Assembly (NCBI GenBank): GCA_040954595.2
Contig: CM082597.2
Coordinates: 9,207,778-9,271,777, forward strand
Reading direction: 5' to 3'
Source: Balanoglossus misakiensis
Lineage: Eukaryota; Animalia; Hemichordata
DNA length: 64,000 bases
The notes below the pieces were generated by a model that was not told the origin of the DNA, did not search any database, and saw only the letters and a list, made by a program, of their open reading frames with translations. This document shows, in pieces, positions 1 through 12,345 of this stretch. The translations under genes were made by a program, and so were the position numbers. Positions within the stretch are counted from its first letter, which is position 1, and every line of letters starts with the position of its first letter.

Positions 1-1
1 T

Positions 2-1740
2 TTGTCCCAGTTTTGTGATTTCAGTTTATTCAGTGATTTTGCCGTCTGTCAAAGACCAGATTCTGACCACCTTCCAGTGACATTTAATCTTGCTGTTGAA
101 ATTGCTGTAGATAGAAATTCAAGGGATAATGTCGCTGCAGAAATTCCCAACAGATATTATTGGAATGATAAATATGTAGACACGTTTAACATGTATTGGG
201 TTGGAGAATCTTATAGAACTTTTCAAGATGTATTTTATAACGCTATTGCTGATGATAATGTTTCTGAAGCAGCTGATATTGTGTTGCTAACGTTAGAAAA
301 TGCTGCAAGTTGTATGAGATCTTCAAAAAAATCTTCATTTCGCACTTCACATAGAAAAAATGTTTGGTTTGATAAGGAATGTCACCAAATGAAAAGACAG
401 GTCAACAAAGCTCTGAGTCAGTTCCGCACTTTGAGATCAACAGGTAGTCTGAATTGTTACATCCTGCTTAGAAATACTTACCGTTCTCTTCTAAATATGA
501 AAAAAAGGTCTCATATCGAGAATCAAAAGTTTAAGCTCGCAATGGCTGCAAAGAACCACAATTCGAAAGCCTTCTGGGATCTTCTCAAAAGTAAAACATG
601 TGGTCCATCTGAACGTATTCCCCTTGATGATTGGTTTAATTTCTTTTCCAGTTTATTCACAGAGACCCCTACACATGCTTTTTCACCAAGAGATAATGTG
701 TTTTATAATGAATTGCGTGCATTCTTAGAGAAACTCGATGTAAATACAGATGTTAACTTTGTTGATAGAATTGATATACTTGACAACGAAATCACTATGG
801 TTGAACTAGAAAATGCGTTCACTCGTTTAAAAACTAACAAGGCACCAGGCATGGACGGAATGTCGCCTGATATTCTTAAACATGCCCCAGAGTCGTTTAA
901 AGAAATTCTCCTTGTGCTTTGTAACAAAATTTTGGACACTGGTGCATTTCCAAATGATTGGGTTTCAGGACTTATAGTGACACTACATAAGAAAGGTTCA
1001 AGAGAAAATGTAAATAACTATCGGGGAATAACGTTGTTACCAGCTGTTACAAAGATTTTTTGCGATATTGTGTACCGTAGATTGCTCGAATGGGTTGAAC
1101 ACCATTGTCCTCTCGTGGAAGAGCAAGCTGGGTTCAGGAAAGGCTATTGTACCATTGACAACATTTTTATTTTATACACAATCATTTCTCATTACATGTC
1201 ACTCAGTGGAAGACTTTTTTGCGCATTTATTGATTTCGAAAAAGCATTTGATAAGGTCAATCATGCATTGTTATTTTATAAGTTATTCAAAATGGGAATT
1301 CAAGGGAAAATTTTTACCGTTTTACGTTCTATGTACTCCGATGTTAAAGCATGTATTCGTACACCTGTGGGAATAACTGATTTTCTCAGATGTGAACTTG
1401 GCGTCCAGCAGGGCAATATTTTATCACCTCTGCTTTTCACTCTTTTCATCAATGACCTTGGTAAAGCCGTACATCACATCTTTGCAGGAGTTCATATTGC
1501 ATGTACCAAACTTTTTTATTTATTATGCGCCGATGACTTGTCCCTTTTTAGCAGTACACCTATTGGCCTCCAGCGTCTTTTGAATAAGTTGTCTTTGTAC
1601 ACATGTAAATGGAAGCTAAAAGTGAATACGGGTAAATCAAAGATAGTTGTTTTCAGACGTGGGGGGAGGTTAAAATCAGATGAAAATTGGTTTTTAGATG
1701 GTACAAAACTTGAAGTTGTTCCTTTTTACAATTACCTGAG
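2..1740 (+). mobile_element. Non-LTR retrotransposon ORF2 fragment (end of endonuclease plus reverse transcriptase), RTE-X/CR1-like, 3'-truncated
   Basis: ORF 2..1840 has SDHLPV (APE end), KAPGMDG, NYRGITLL, EQAGFRKG, FIDFEKAFDKV, GVQQGNILSPLLF and LCADD (altered YADD). Homology stops after FYNYL at ~1740, where an unrelated repeat begins. Confidence 0.9.
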
Positions 1741-1744
1741 GCTC

Positions 1745-2350
1745 ATAATACCACATGGGGTGCTCCCTCCATGCTTTTATTGTGTGTGTTTTATTGTGTG
1801 TGCTCAACAAAAAATCCCAACATTAACCCTAACCGTTTAATATACCATAACAACAAACACACGTGACCATATTTGTTTGTTTATTATGCCAATCAATAAC
1901 AACAAACAAAAACACACACAAACATACACACGCACAATAAAATCATAGAGGGAGCGCCCCCTGTGACAATACAGCTTGATCAGATCCTGAATGCAGACTG
2001 GGGCAAGACGGTTTTCAGTTCTATTTGTAGTCAAGTCTGCACTGACTGGCAACCAATGGAGACTACAAAGAACTGGTGACAGAGTCTCATTTAGCAGATA
2101 ACTTTGTCTTGTGATACCCACTATCTCAAGTTCAATATCAATATGTGAAGTGCAAGATGGAAACGTATGGAGGGGGCGGGCTAGATACAGGCAACAGGGC
2201 AAAACCAATGTTCATGTTAAAATACAGCAAAGTTCCTCTCTTGTTTCCAAGGCACTCAGTACTTGAAAGGTCAGGGAAAGTGATACAGATTTAACAACTC
2301 TGGTTTCTGAAACACTTTTATCTTTAGGCTAACAAAAAACACATCATGTA
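1745..2350. repeat. Dispersed repeat, inverted diverged copy of ~29635-30330
   Basis: For example actttgtcttgtgatacccact (2101) is the near reverse complement of agtggatatcacaagacaaagt (~29870); similarity is colinear over ~600 bp. Confidence 0.8.
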
Positions 2351-2380
2351 AACACAGTATTCCTTTTATTATATAATTAA

Positions 2381-2470
2381 GCAATAAAACACCCCCAGCC
2401 ATGGTATACCACGAGATTTTGACCAGTTCACGACATATACGCACGAGCGATAGCGAGTGCGTATATGGAG
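2381..2470. mobile_element. Fragment of hairpin-ended non-autonomous element, same family as 28581-28855
   Basis: Arm gcaataaaacacccccagcc...ttttgaccagttca, followed by the palindrome atatacgcacgagcgatagcgagtgcgtatat. Confidence 0.6.
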
Positions 2471-2477
2471 ATAACTT

Positions 2478-3820
2478 GACTGATTGGCTGTTTCCTGTGC
2501 ATCAATACTGACTCAAATGAAAGTAAGTATTTATGCATACATCTTTTTTTGTGTAAATGCGACCTCTGCTTCAACACTCTTGTAATGAACTAATCTATCA
2601 TCAAATAACTTCACAAGTATGTACAAACTTCAAAAAGGATAACAATTATCACCACAGTGCTGCACAATAAAAACGAGAGCAAATGCAGATAACAGAACAA
2701 TTCGGATAATCAACATCCTACTGTAGTTTGAATTATTTTACAAATTAGGAAATCAAACTTTCTCCGAAGGGGGTTCACACATGAAAAATCAACTACATTC
2801 ACCATCTAAAAACTACCTACTCTCAAATGTATAATTCACTACATGAAAGATTATACATTATGCCACTAGAAATTACACCCTAGGCATAAAACAGAATGAA
2901 AAATGTATCTGTTGCCTGTATATCAATGTACCCAGCTGTATGAATAAGTTCACTGATGTGCATATAAATAGTTCCATTGATGACTGTCTTTAGTTGGCAA
3001 AATCCAACGATGGTCGACGAAATTTCCAAAAGTCAGAGTTCAGGAAATCAACGACGATAATCGGCGAGACCCTCAGAATGGCAGCAGACCGTCGTAGACT
3101 CGCAGTAATCCAAGGCAAAGCCTCAGCTACTGAACTGCAGCTATGCAGGACTGTACAGACTGTACTGACAACCTGATGTACATGACATGCTGACAATGTT
3201 CATAGCAACAGATCAGCAGGTCGCTGGCTGAACACGAATATTGGTCAAAATACTATTCTATTCTTCTGAAACTACTTGAACACAACAAACAATAAGTCCG
3301 ATCCGTATACTACTACTGGGCTTCAACTCTTATCGACGACGAGCATCAATCATCGGCAATAGTTCATCAAATCTCCCTCGAACACGATCCTCATGGAGGC
3401 AGCCATTTTGGATATTATTCGTGTTTACGTCCGAACCATTTCGGAGCAACTTCGGGTGAATCCGGAAAGTCATGAACTCAACCTGGATCAAAATAAAAGT
3501 TCCTGATTAGCTCAAAATTAAAAGGTCATCTCAAAACATCTCACATCGACACTTTGTCCATCTTGTTCTAGGAACATTAATGACTCAGCATATGAATTCT
3601 GGGCCAGCTTTACTGACGAAATCTCTTGGAAATTTTAGAGTGATGGTATCGCATATGACACGTGTACACAGTTATTCTCCAATACAGAGATTGTGGGGCG
3701 TGGATAATTATAATCTAGCTAGGGGGTTTTGTGTTGTAACTAGCGTCCCCTTGAATGAAGTTACTTACATAAAGTGAACAATGGTGATTTGGTGTAAAGG
3801 AAAGCTAAGTTTAAAAATAT
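2478..3820 (-). repeat. 1.3-kb inverted duplicate of 13836-15162, containing an LTR-related segment
   Basis: Near-identical reverse complement; ORFs 2994..3176 and 14461..14664 both begin MAKSNDGRRNFQKSEFRKS. The reverse complement of 2990-3085 resembles Gypsy LTR 17340-17440. Confidence 0.9.
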
Positions 3821-4162
3821 AGCTGCAAGCAGCAATAGCGGGCCCAAGCCAACATAGCACATAGCAACATAGCAATAAGCATATCTGCTCTGGATACCAA
3901 GATATGGTAAAGTAGGTCCAAGGTCACCTGAGTTCATGCGAAATTTGGGCAAGGAGTTTTGACCCTATACTGGTCAATGTTCAACAAAAACCAAACCTAT
4001 ATCCCTATTGGTTAGCCTGGAATTAGGTATGCACATAATTAATGAGTAGGCAGGTGTCACAGGTGACCCCCAATTTTGCCTTTTCAATTTTAGTCCCAGC
4101 CCTCCAAACGCCAAGTCTGTACCTGCTCTGGATGCCAAGATATGGTAAAGTAGGTCAAAGGT

Positions 4163-4655
4163 CACATGGCAAATTGTTGTTGGAATCAATCTCAATCTCC
4201 CACATCTATGGCTTCAAAGAGCAACGCACCTTAATCTATTCAGTTGGATGATATTTTACTGCAAATGGATAATGAACACATCAGAATTGCATGGACACAA
4301 CCCAGCAAAAAACTCACCACCACTCTGCAAATACATTTCTTATGTAGATACTATGAGTCTGGTTGTTATCAGGATTTGATGGACACAAATAATTTCACCT
4401 TGTATCGTCGAACTGGGTCTGGTGGAAGAGAAAAAATGCTGATTTTATTGACTTCCAAATGTCTCTACATTTTGATGTTTGTAGCAGTATATACACTCAT
4501 GTCTTCGCTGGTGATACACTAACAATTACTTCACAATACAACCTGTGTTTAACATCACATAAATCATGAGCTTACTAAGGGACTGGTCGGTTGCTTCAGC
4601 CGTGGGGGTGGATTATAGGGGAGGGGATCACCCTGTTTTGGAAGTGGGTGACGGG
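4163..4655 (+). repeat. Inverted duplicate of 15905-16625
   Basis: Shared ORF text (MRLIPTTICHV, MDDILLQMDNEHIR, LQIHFLCRYYESGCYQDL) on opposite strands. The 16-kb copy carries an extra ~230 bp at ~16255-16485. Confidence 0.85.
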
Positions 4656-5539
4656 TGGGGGTCACCAAGTGACCTTGTTTTGGGAATGCTGAATGAGGGA
4701 CTGAACAATTGCTTTTGAGTCCACAAAAATACAGTTTTGAGAAAATTATCTAATGTGGGAGGGGTCAACCACCCCCTTGAATCTTGGCAGTACAGAGCGG
4801 GCTACTTGTCTCGCCCCTAGTCTACCGATGTTGAGTTTGAAGGGCAAAGGTAAAATTTGTCCTCCCCAACATTATTGTGTTGATTTGCTTTTGAGTTCAT
4901 TAAAATTCAGTTTTGAGCTCTGAATTTTACAAAATTTTCTATCGTGGGAGGGGGACACCCCTCCGACCCTCCAACACCCACCCCCTTCACTTCTCTTGAT
5001 TTACTATGTCTGCCAACTATTGTAATGACTTGTATTTTTTATTTATTCAGGTCTAATTTTAATTATTTCAATTTATATATACATGCAAATTGTCATTGTA
5101 ATGAATTCTCCACCAGCAGAATGTATTTACATTTGGCCCCCCCCCCCACCTGCCAATAAAAAAACAACCACATACATGTATTGCTTCCTACACCCCTGTT
5201 CTTATATCTAGTGCATGGAAAGCTATTACAACTTGTCAGCTGAAGTAGTATAGTTTCAGTGGATAAAAATAGCTCATAACTTGTAAACAAAGAATATTTG
5301 CAGGTGTTATCATGAAAGACATTGCAACAGATTTTATCTACACACACATATACACATAGATCTGATATACATGTATATACATGTACATATACACACTCAA
5401 ACAAACACAAATCGGTGGGGGTCACAAAAAAATTGAATGTTGTGGGGGGGGGGGGGTCAGTCATTTTTTGTTATCCACAATATACCTGTAACCAGTATAA
5501 TTTACCAATCCCCCCAGGCTTAAGAAACTGACCAGTCCC
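4579..5539. mobile_element. PIF/Harbinger-type MITE
   Basis: TIRs GGGACTGGTC.GTT / AACTGACCAGTCCC flanked by TAA on both sides (4576-4578, 5540-5542); no coding capacity. Confidence 0.8.
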
Positions 5540-5811
5540 TAATGAGGTGATGAGTGATCCGAACACAGAGACTTGAAATACAGGCCGTGTATTGGCGATC
5601 GCCTAGGCTACAGCTCCAAAGCGACTGTGACTGAGTGAATGGTCAACAACATTGCAAACCGGAAGTATCGATATCCGTTTTGCTTTGTAAACGCGTTTTT
5701 GGAATCATACGCGGAGGCAGAGCAAACAAATCTCACCTGAACGCAGACTGATGTCGCCACTCCCACGAACAGCTATAGAATATAAGGTTTCACGACAGTA
5801 AACCATGGTTA

Positions 5812-6977
5812 GGGACCGTTCAGTTTTTACGGCAGGGGGGGGGCGGCAAGTTTGTGTCATCGGTTTTCAAAATCAGGCCGACCCCCCCCCCCCCTTCACC
5901 CAGGACAAAAAAATGATGACCCCCCTTTGACAAGACCCAAAAATATGATGACCCCCCCCCCCACGCCGAAAACATTCGCCGTCCTGATCCTATGTATACA
6001 CTGTATGCAATAAAGGGAATGGGGCTCCTCACCCCTCAATTATAATTTTTTTAAAGTAATTGAATTATTTAATAATATTGTTGCAATAAAGAAATCTATG
6101 AACAAAATAAAATGACAATTCAATACAATAGTTGCTAGAATTGGTAAAACAAGAAAAGTGGCGAGGGTGGGCTTGGGAGGGGGTGTCCCCCTCCCACATA
6201 AGAAAATTTTGTAAAATATGGTGCACAAAGTTGCATTTTAATGAACTCAAAAGCTAATAAAGTCAATGTTAGGCAGGACGAATTTTGATTTTGCCACTCC
6301 ACTCAAAGTAAGCATAGGGGTGGGGTGGGGAATAAGTCTGCCCTGGTACACTAGACAAACCAGCGGATAAATGATATGTTGCATAGAATGTAGGGGGTGA
6401 GAAAATTTTGTAAAATATGTAGCTCAAAGTTGCATTTTTATGAACTCAAAAGCAAATTCATCTCAATGTTTGGGAGGACCAATTTTGTTTTTTGCCATTC
6501 CACTCAAAGTTAGGAGATTTGGCGTCATCTTCGTCATGACATCATTTATAAAACTTCCAGCATATAGAAGATGCAGCACGAAACTATCAGTTATGCAAAA
6601 TGGTTTAAACGTTTATTCTCCTTTATGTATAAACTTTGTTAAAAATTATCATCAGTGGGTTTGGGGTGGCAAGCACTCTGCCCTGGTAGAATAGTCAAAC
6701 CAGCAAAAATCGATATGTTGCAAAGAATGTAGGGGGTGGGTGTGGGAGGGTGTGTCCCCCTCCCACATTAGAAACTTTTGTAAAATAAAGGGCGCGAAAC
6801 TGCAATTTTGTGGACTCAAAAGCAAAAGTTTGGTGGCAAAAGTATGTGACCCCCCCCCCTAAACGTTTAAAAAAAACAGATGACCCCCTCCCCCTTTTGG
6901 ACTTCAAAATTCAAGTGACCCCCCCCCCCCCCTGGATTTTGCCGCCGCCCCCCCGGCCGTAAAAACTGAACGGTCCC
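5812..6977. mobile_element. PIF/Harbinger-type MITE
   Basis: 22-bp TIR GGGACCGTTCAGTTTTTACGGC / GCCGTAAAAACTGAACGGTCCC with TTA TSD; a second, truncated copy starts at 32024. Confidence 0.88.
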
Positions 6978-7199
6978 TTAGGTCAGACCAATAATAAGCG
7001 ACAGTCACCATTTTCCCATTCCCGTGATTCGATTCGGTTGCATGAGGGCGCACTGTGCGCCAAGCGCAGGAAGAACACAACGTCAAACAAAACGTGCTTC
7101 TTTTGTTTTTATGCGTGTTACGTTGTCCATGTGTCCAATGGTTCATTGACCAGGTGAACCTCACTTTTATTCCTTTGTTTTAGCACACCGCGTGACCAG

Positions 7200-10100
7200 G
7201 TGTCAATGAATTATGTATTTTAGTCGTATAAAAGACGTCAGTACAGTGCCACGTCGCCTCGGTGCTATTTGTACAAGGTTTCTATGCCACGTTGTCTCCA
7301 CATTGATAAGTTGACATCCGACCTCGTGCTTATTACCTACATGTGGTCCAGTCACCGTCATCAAGGATTCTTGTTGTATCCCGATGGATGCTTTGTTCCA
7401 GTGGTCTTTCAAGAAAGTAGTGTTCTTGAAGTATTGGAGATCCGTGAGTACACCACATGTGAACCGACCTGGATCCGGTCTTTGCAGCTTCGTATGCGGG
7501 GTTTTCTTTGTGGACTATTCTAGACTTTCGAGAACTTGAATGTCTGTATTGTGGACCCTCTGATTACGCCACCCTGTGTGAACCCGTCCTCGAACTGGAA
7601 ATTTATGGAGGTTTCCTTCTGCTCTAACTCGTCAGGACAATATTGTGAGGTAATACGTGATTGTTCCTTGAAAACTTTAACGATAGAAATATTACATGCA
7701 AATTCCCTGGACCGGTATTAATTGTCAGTCTATTATCTTTTGGTGGAATGTTGAAGTTTCTGTTGGTCGTTTAAACCCCGGTGCGGAAAGGCCAGGGGTT
7801 CGGATTAACGTGTGTTTGTATAGTTGTTTATTTGGGAGTGGTCGTCGTGCATAATGACTGTGTAATTGCTCTCATGCACACCGAAAATAATTGAACACTT
7901 CACACTTCCACGCGATTGACAACTGTTTGAATGGCGTGGTTATTGTTTCCCAGGGACGCTTCTGAAAAGCACTGAAACCAGATTTCTCCCAAAATCATCG
8001 TTGTTTCAAAAGCTCGTGTACTTTTTCGTCGATAACTTTATGTTGTGTGTGTTTATAAAGCCAACTACTGTCGTTGTGTGGTGTAATTCTTTATTCTTGG
8101 ACCTGTTTGGGCCGATTTTCATAGAGCCAAGATCGTTGGTGTTGTCTGTTGTCAGTCAAACGGCATTAAGATTCGCCACTGATTTGGGGGGGTCTTTATA
8201 CCCCGCACCGGGGTTTAAATGGTCACCGTTAGACAGAATATGTTTTCAACATATGGTTGTACTTATTAATTTTATATTTTTCAAGTTAATTAAATAAGAC
8301 TATTTAATGAATAATATGCGTGTATGTGAAATTTGTTTGACCGTTATTCTGTCAAAATAGTTTCTTAACAAGCTTTATTATATGTCTTTTTTCACGTGCC
8401 CATGTATAGTCTATGGGGAAAAGCGCCCTCACATCCGTGCAGTTTTTTTTTGCTTCTCACGCGTTCAATATCCGGATCTAGTTTTGTGTTTATTGCGCGA
8501 GATTCGAAAGTTGTCGTTGCTACATTCTGAATTATTTTTTTTGGTGCGGTGTCAGTGACTAGTGCACTTGCAGTGTGTGTATGTCCTATGCCGCTACCGA
8601 ACCCCATCATCTCCCGTAATCGCTGCATGTTGTAGAGCTTTATTTGGAAATATGAATAGTAAAATTGATTATTTGATCTGATTAATGTGTGACTGTCGGC
8701 GTCGATCGTCGCGAAGAAAAAATAATGTTTTGCTCGCGCTCGGCTCTGTGCAATAGAATGTAAACAAATGACATCGTGCATATCAATCCGCAAGAACTGG
8801 ATGAATGCGCCTCTATGCTACGGGATAGATCATTTCAAAACGATAGATAAACACGTAATATTTACATTCCAAAATATTACAGAATGTGTATTTTATTAGA
8901 TTCTTGTAGATTATCGTTCAATAAGGCATATGATAAAACCTTTACGGCCCTGATACGGGTTTTGCGGCCTGCGGTCGGGCGCTTCCGCCGTACGACCTCG
9001 GGCCGCAAAACCCGTATCAGGGCCGTAAAGATTAGAAAGGTTTAGTTACACGTAAATACACGTACGTCTGACGGCGGGCAGTGGCGTTCGCGTATGTGTA
9101 GCGACGCGTGAATTTTGCGGTTTAGTTGTCCGTTTTGAATAACAAAAATATTTAAAATCAATAGAAAATTCGAATATTTTTCACTTAAATAATTTTTGTG
9201 TGTGATGAATATTCTCTAAGATCACCACCCTTGCAATAAGTTTCTTGACTGCAGTGGAAATATGGTGTAGTGAAGTTTTCCGATGTCCTTGTGGAGGCGT
9301 CCACTGAAAACTTAGCATATGAATAATTTATTGCGTGTGAAGTTAACGTGTAGCGTGAGTGAACGCGTACCAAGTCATCGGGTCGCGCGCATCGAAACCA
9401 TCAGCTCAGGCCGAATTCGTAACTCAACTCGGTACCGAAACTCTCGCTCTGAGCTAGCTGTAGTACGCTGCTGTACCGTTGGGGGGGGGGGGGTCTGCGC
9501 GTCATTTCTAAAACTCGGTTTATTTCGTCGCCATTGCATTCTCTCAATTGGGCTGTACTTTTCTTCACGACCGGATTATTGGCGATGATTACGTATCGGA
9601 AACGTTTTTTTAATAGATATTTTAATTTACGACTTGCTCCTACATTACCAGGGCTCCCTTTCGGTTTCCGGTGATCATTCAATTGTGGGGTGGACACATT
9701 GTCAATACCGTACAAAATCGCCCCTTTGTGAGTTTCACTGACTAGATCGTTCAGGATTGAACATTGGAAAGTTACTTTCCGTAACAAAAAAATTAGCAAA
9801 GGCAAGCCAGCGACGTGTGTTTTTGGAGTTACACGGCCTCCACAATGTAGTACGCAGGTCTACAGCGAAGTCCTGCTCTTCAAAATCGGATCGATATTTC
9901 AGCAGATCTAGGCTTATGGAAACACCTTGAAGAAAACATGTTCCACTTGGAGACTGGCCGAATGTACGATCGGGTAAATTCGGCAACAAATCCGACAACC
10001 CGGCGATAACTGTCGGCTAGCTTCCACAAAGTCACGTGCTTGTCCGAGTGGAAGGACCATCACCATTTTACTAATGGGTGGGTCAGGTATGAAGTCCGAA

Positions 10101-10690
10101 CGAGAATGAATTTCACCTTTACACATTCTAAAACAGTTATGTGAAACATCGTAATCTGTCATATATAGATAATATTCCATGGTTTTCATTTCACCGTCAA
10201 GTAATTACTCTATACGTATGTCCCAACATGGTAATTTTTGAAAGTTTGGGCATAGTCACAGTATCCAACAAAATGGGCTTGTTTGTAAGCGAAGAGCGAA
10301 CACTCGAAGCTTTGTCCGATGACTGACTTTATTCCACAACTGCACTTTGTTTGAGTGGACGCTCGTTTTGTCGTGGAAAACCACTGCTCGATGATGTGTT
10401 TTATCAGAAATAAAATATCATGTCGCAAAATAGGGGACTGGGTATTTTTCCAACTCCAACTGACTGTACGGAAACAGTTCCAGAAAGGTTTTATCAACAT
10501 TCATTGTAACCACCTATGCGGTCACCAATCGGCGGTCCTTGGACGTGTACTGTATCTTTCCTTGGCGTGTTCTGTGTCAGTAAAATTAATGCATGGTAAC
10601 GGAAAAAATGACACGCACAATTTGCCGAGTTTTATTCATCAGGCTACAAAGTTTGAGTTTTTATTTTCTTCAAGTTTCTCTATCGTATAA
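7200..10690 (-). pseudogene. Decayed, unidentified coding-like block (possibly viral remnants)
   Basis: Chain of overlapping minus-strand ORF pieces (10500-10210, 10189-9914, 9998-9735, 9805-9401, 8793-8392) that read as frameshifted globular protein. CpG-rich like the 42.7-51.7 kb block; no TE motifs recognised. Confidence 0.3.
8940..9030. repeat. Perfect 30-bp inverted repeat (hairpin)
   Basis: ctttacggccctgatacgggttttgcggcc (8940-8969) and its exact reverse complement (9001-9030) around a GC-rich loop. Confidence 0.95.
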
Positions 10691-10745
10691 TATCTGCATA
10701 AGGATCAACATTGTTGCAAATCTTGTTACCACCCCATTGTATCAG

Positions 10746-10805
10746 CCACAGGTCGCGCCGCGCAGTTGAGAGCTCAAGCGCTCTCAACTACTGCGCAACC
10801 TGTGG
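10746..10805. repeat. Imperfect hairpin
   Basis: ccacaggt.gcgc...agttgagagc pairs with gctctcaact...gcgcaacctgtgg. Confidence 0.7.
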
Positions 10806-11974
10806 AATCAGCCTGATAAAATAAGGTGTCTCATTTAATTTAGACGCGCGTTGCCACTGCAGTGAATTTTCAGTGTTATTCAAATCTTGCCGAACTGATA
10901 ATTCTTTCTTTTGTTATTATAATCCCAACCAGGACGTGTTGCATTGAACTGAATATTTTGTCTAATTATAGGCTAGAGTGCATGAGCAGTGGGTTTATTC
11001 TGGATTTTTCTGGATGCTAATTATCATACTCGCATGCGCAGATGCCACTCTGTCCGTTAGTGGCATTTGAATTCGAAGACGGCATCTTTTCTTTGTCTTT
11101 CAGTTTGGAAACATGGACGGCGGCTGATCTCTGGTAAAACTGCGCGGTGGAAATGGTTATGGAGTGGTCAGCATTGGTCCCGGAGTGTAGCGCTGCGAAT
11201 ATGGTGACATTGTTCTGTGTTTTGTTGATTGTATGCGCTGTGCTGTATCGTCTTGTCACTGTTTTTCTTTGCAACCGGCGCGCCATGTAAACATTGTGCA
11301 CAAACAAACAAGGGTACTTTGAGAAATACAAATGTCTGCATGGGTATAATATTTTGGTTTCAAAGGTGTGATGAGTAGTGTACTGTGAATTAAAGGGTTA
11401 TGCCATGTGGTAAAGTGTTAACAAAGGGTATAGAAATGACAAGTGTGTGGTTAAATGGTTTTATGGTATAGTGAAACAAATGTGTACTTAAGGGTAATAA
11501 TACCACGCGTGGTTACATATAATTCTGTACAGAGGGTTAAGATGACTATAGTGAAAAAAAGTTGTAACGGCCGGGTTTTGCCACGTGGTAAAGTGTTAAC
11601 AAAGGGTATTTAAAAGTGACTGGTGTGTGGTTTTATGGTCTAGTGAAAACAATGAATAAAGGGAAATTAATTAAATTATTCCACGTGGTTACATTAATTC
11701 TGTACAGAGGGCTAATAATAATATGAGTTGGTGTGTTATGGGTTTAAAGTGTAGTGACAAAGAGGTGTAACCGGTAATGCCACATGGTCAAATTAAATGT
11801 GTTCAGGTTGTAAAGGGTAATGCAGACAAGGGTGTGTAATATAGTTGTAATACAATTGTGTAATGATTATATAAATGTACGTTTAACATGTTCTTTTTTC
11901 TTTTATAGAAATTATTTTCGCAGTGCGCTCATGTGATTCGTCCGTGGATTTTCTCGCAACTTTCTCCGCGATCG

Positions 11975-12345
11975 TGTTCTTCGATGCCATTCGCTCGTCT
12001 GCATTTTCTTCGTCGCTCGTCGCCATTCGCTCGTCGCCAACGTGTTCGTCGCCATTCGCTCGTCGCCAATGTGTTCATCGCCATTCGCTCGTCGCCAATG
12101 TGTTCATCGCCATTCGCTCGTCGCCAATGTGTCCTTCGATGCCATTCGCTCGTCCGCATTTCTTCGTCGCTTGTCGCCATTCGCTCGTCGCCAATGTGTC
12201 CTTCGATGCCATTCGCTCGTCCGCATTTCTTCGTCGCTCGTCGCCATTCGCTCGTCGCCAACGTGTTCATCGCCATTCGCTCGTCGCCAATGTGTCCTTC
12301 GATGCCATTCGCTCGTCCGCATTTCTTCGTCGCTCGTCGCCATAC
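11975..12345. repeat. GC-rich compound minisatellite (core GCCATTCGCTCGTC, ~29-36 bp units)
   Basis: About a dozen reiterations of cgccattcgctcgtcgccaatgtg / gatgccattcgctcgtccgcatttctt; explains the stacked ORFs in several frames. Confidence 0.95.
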
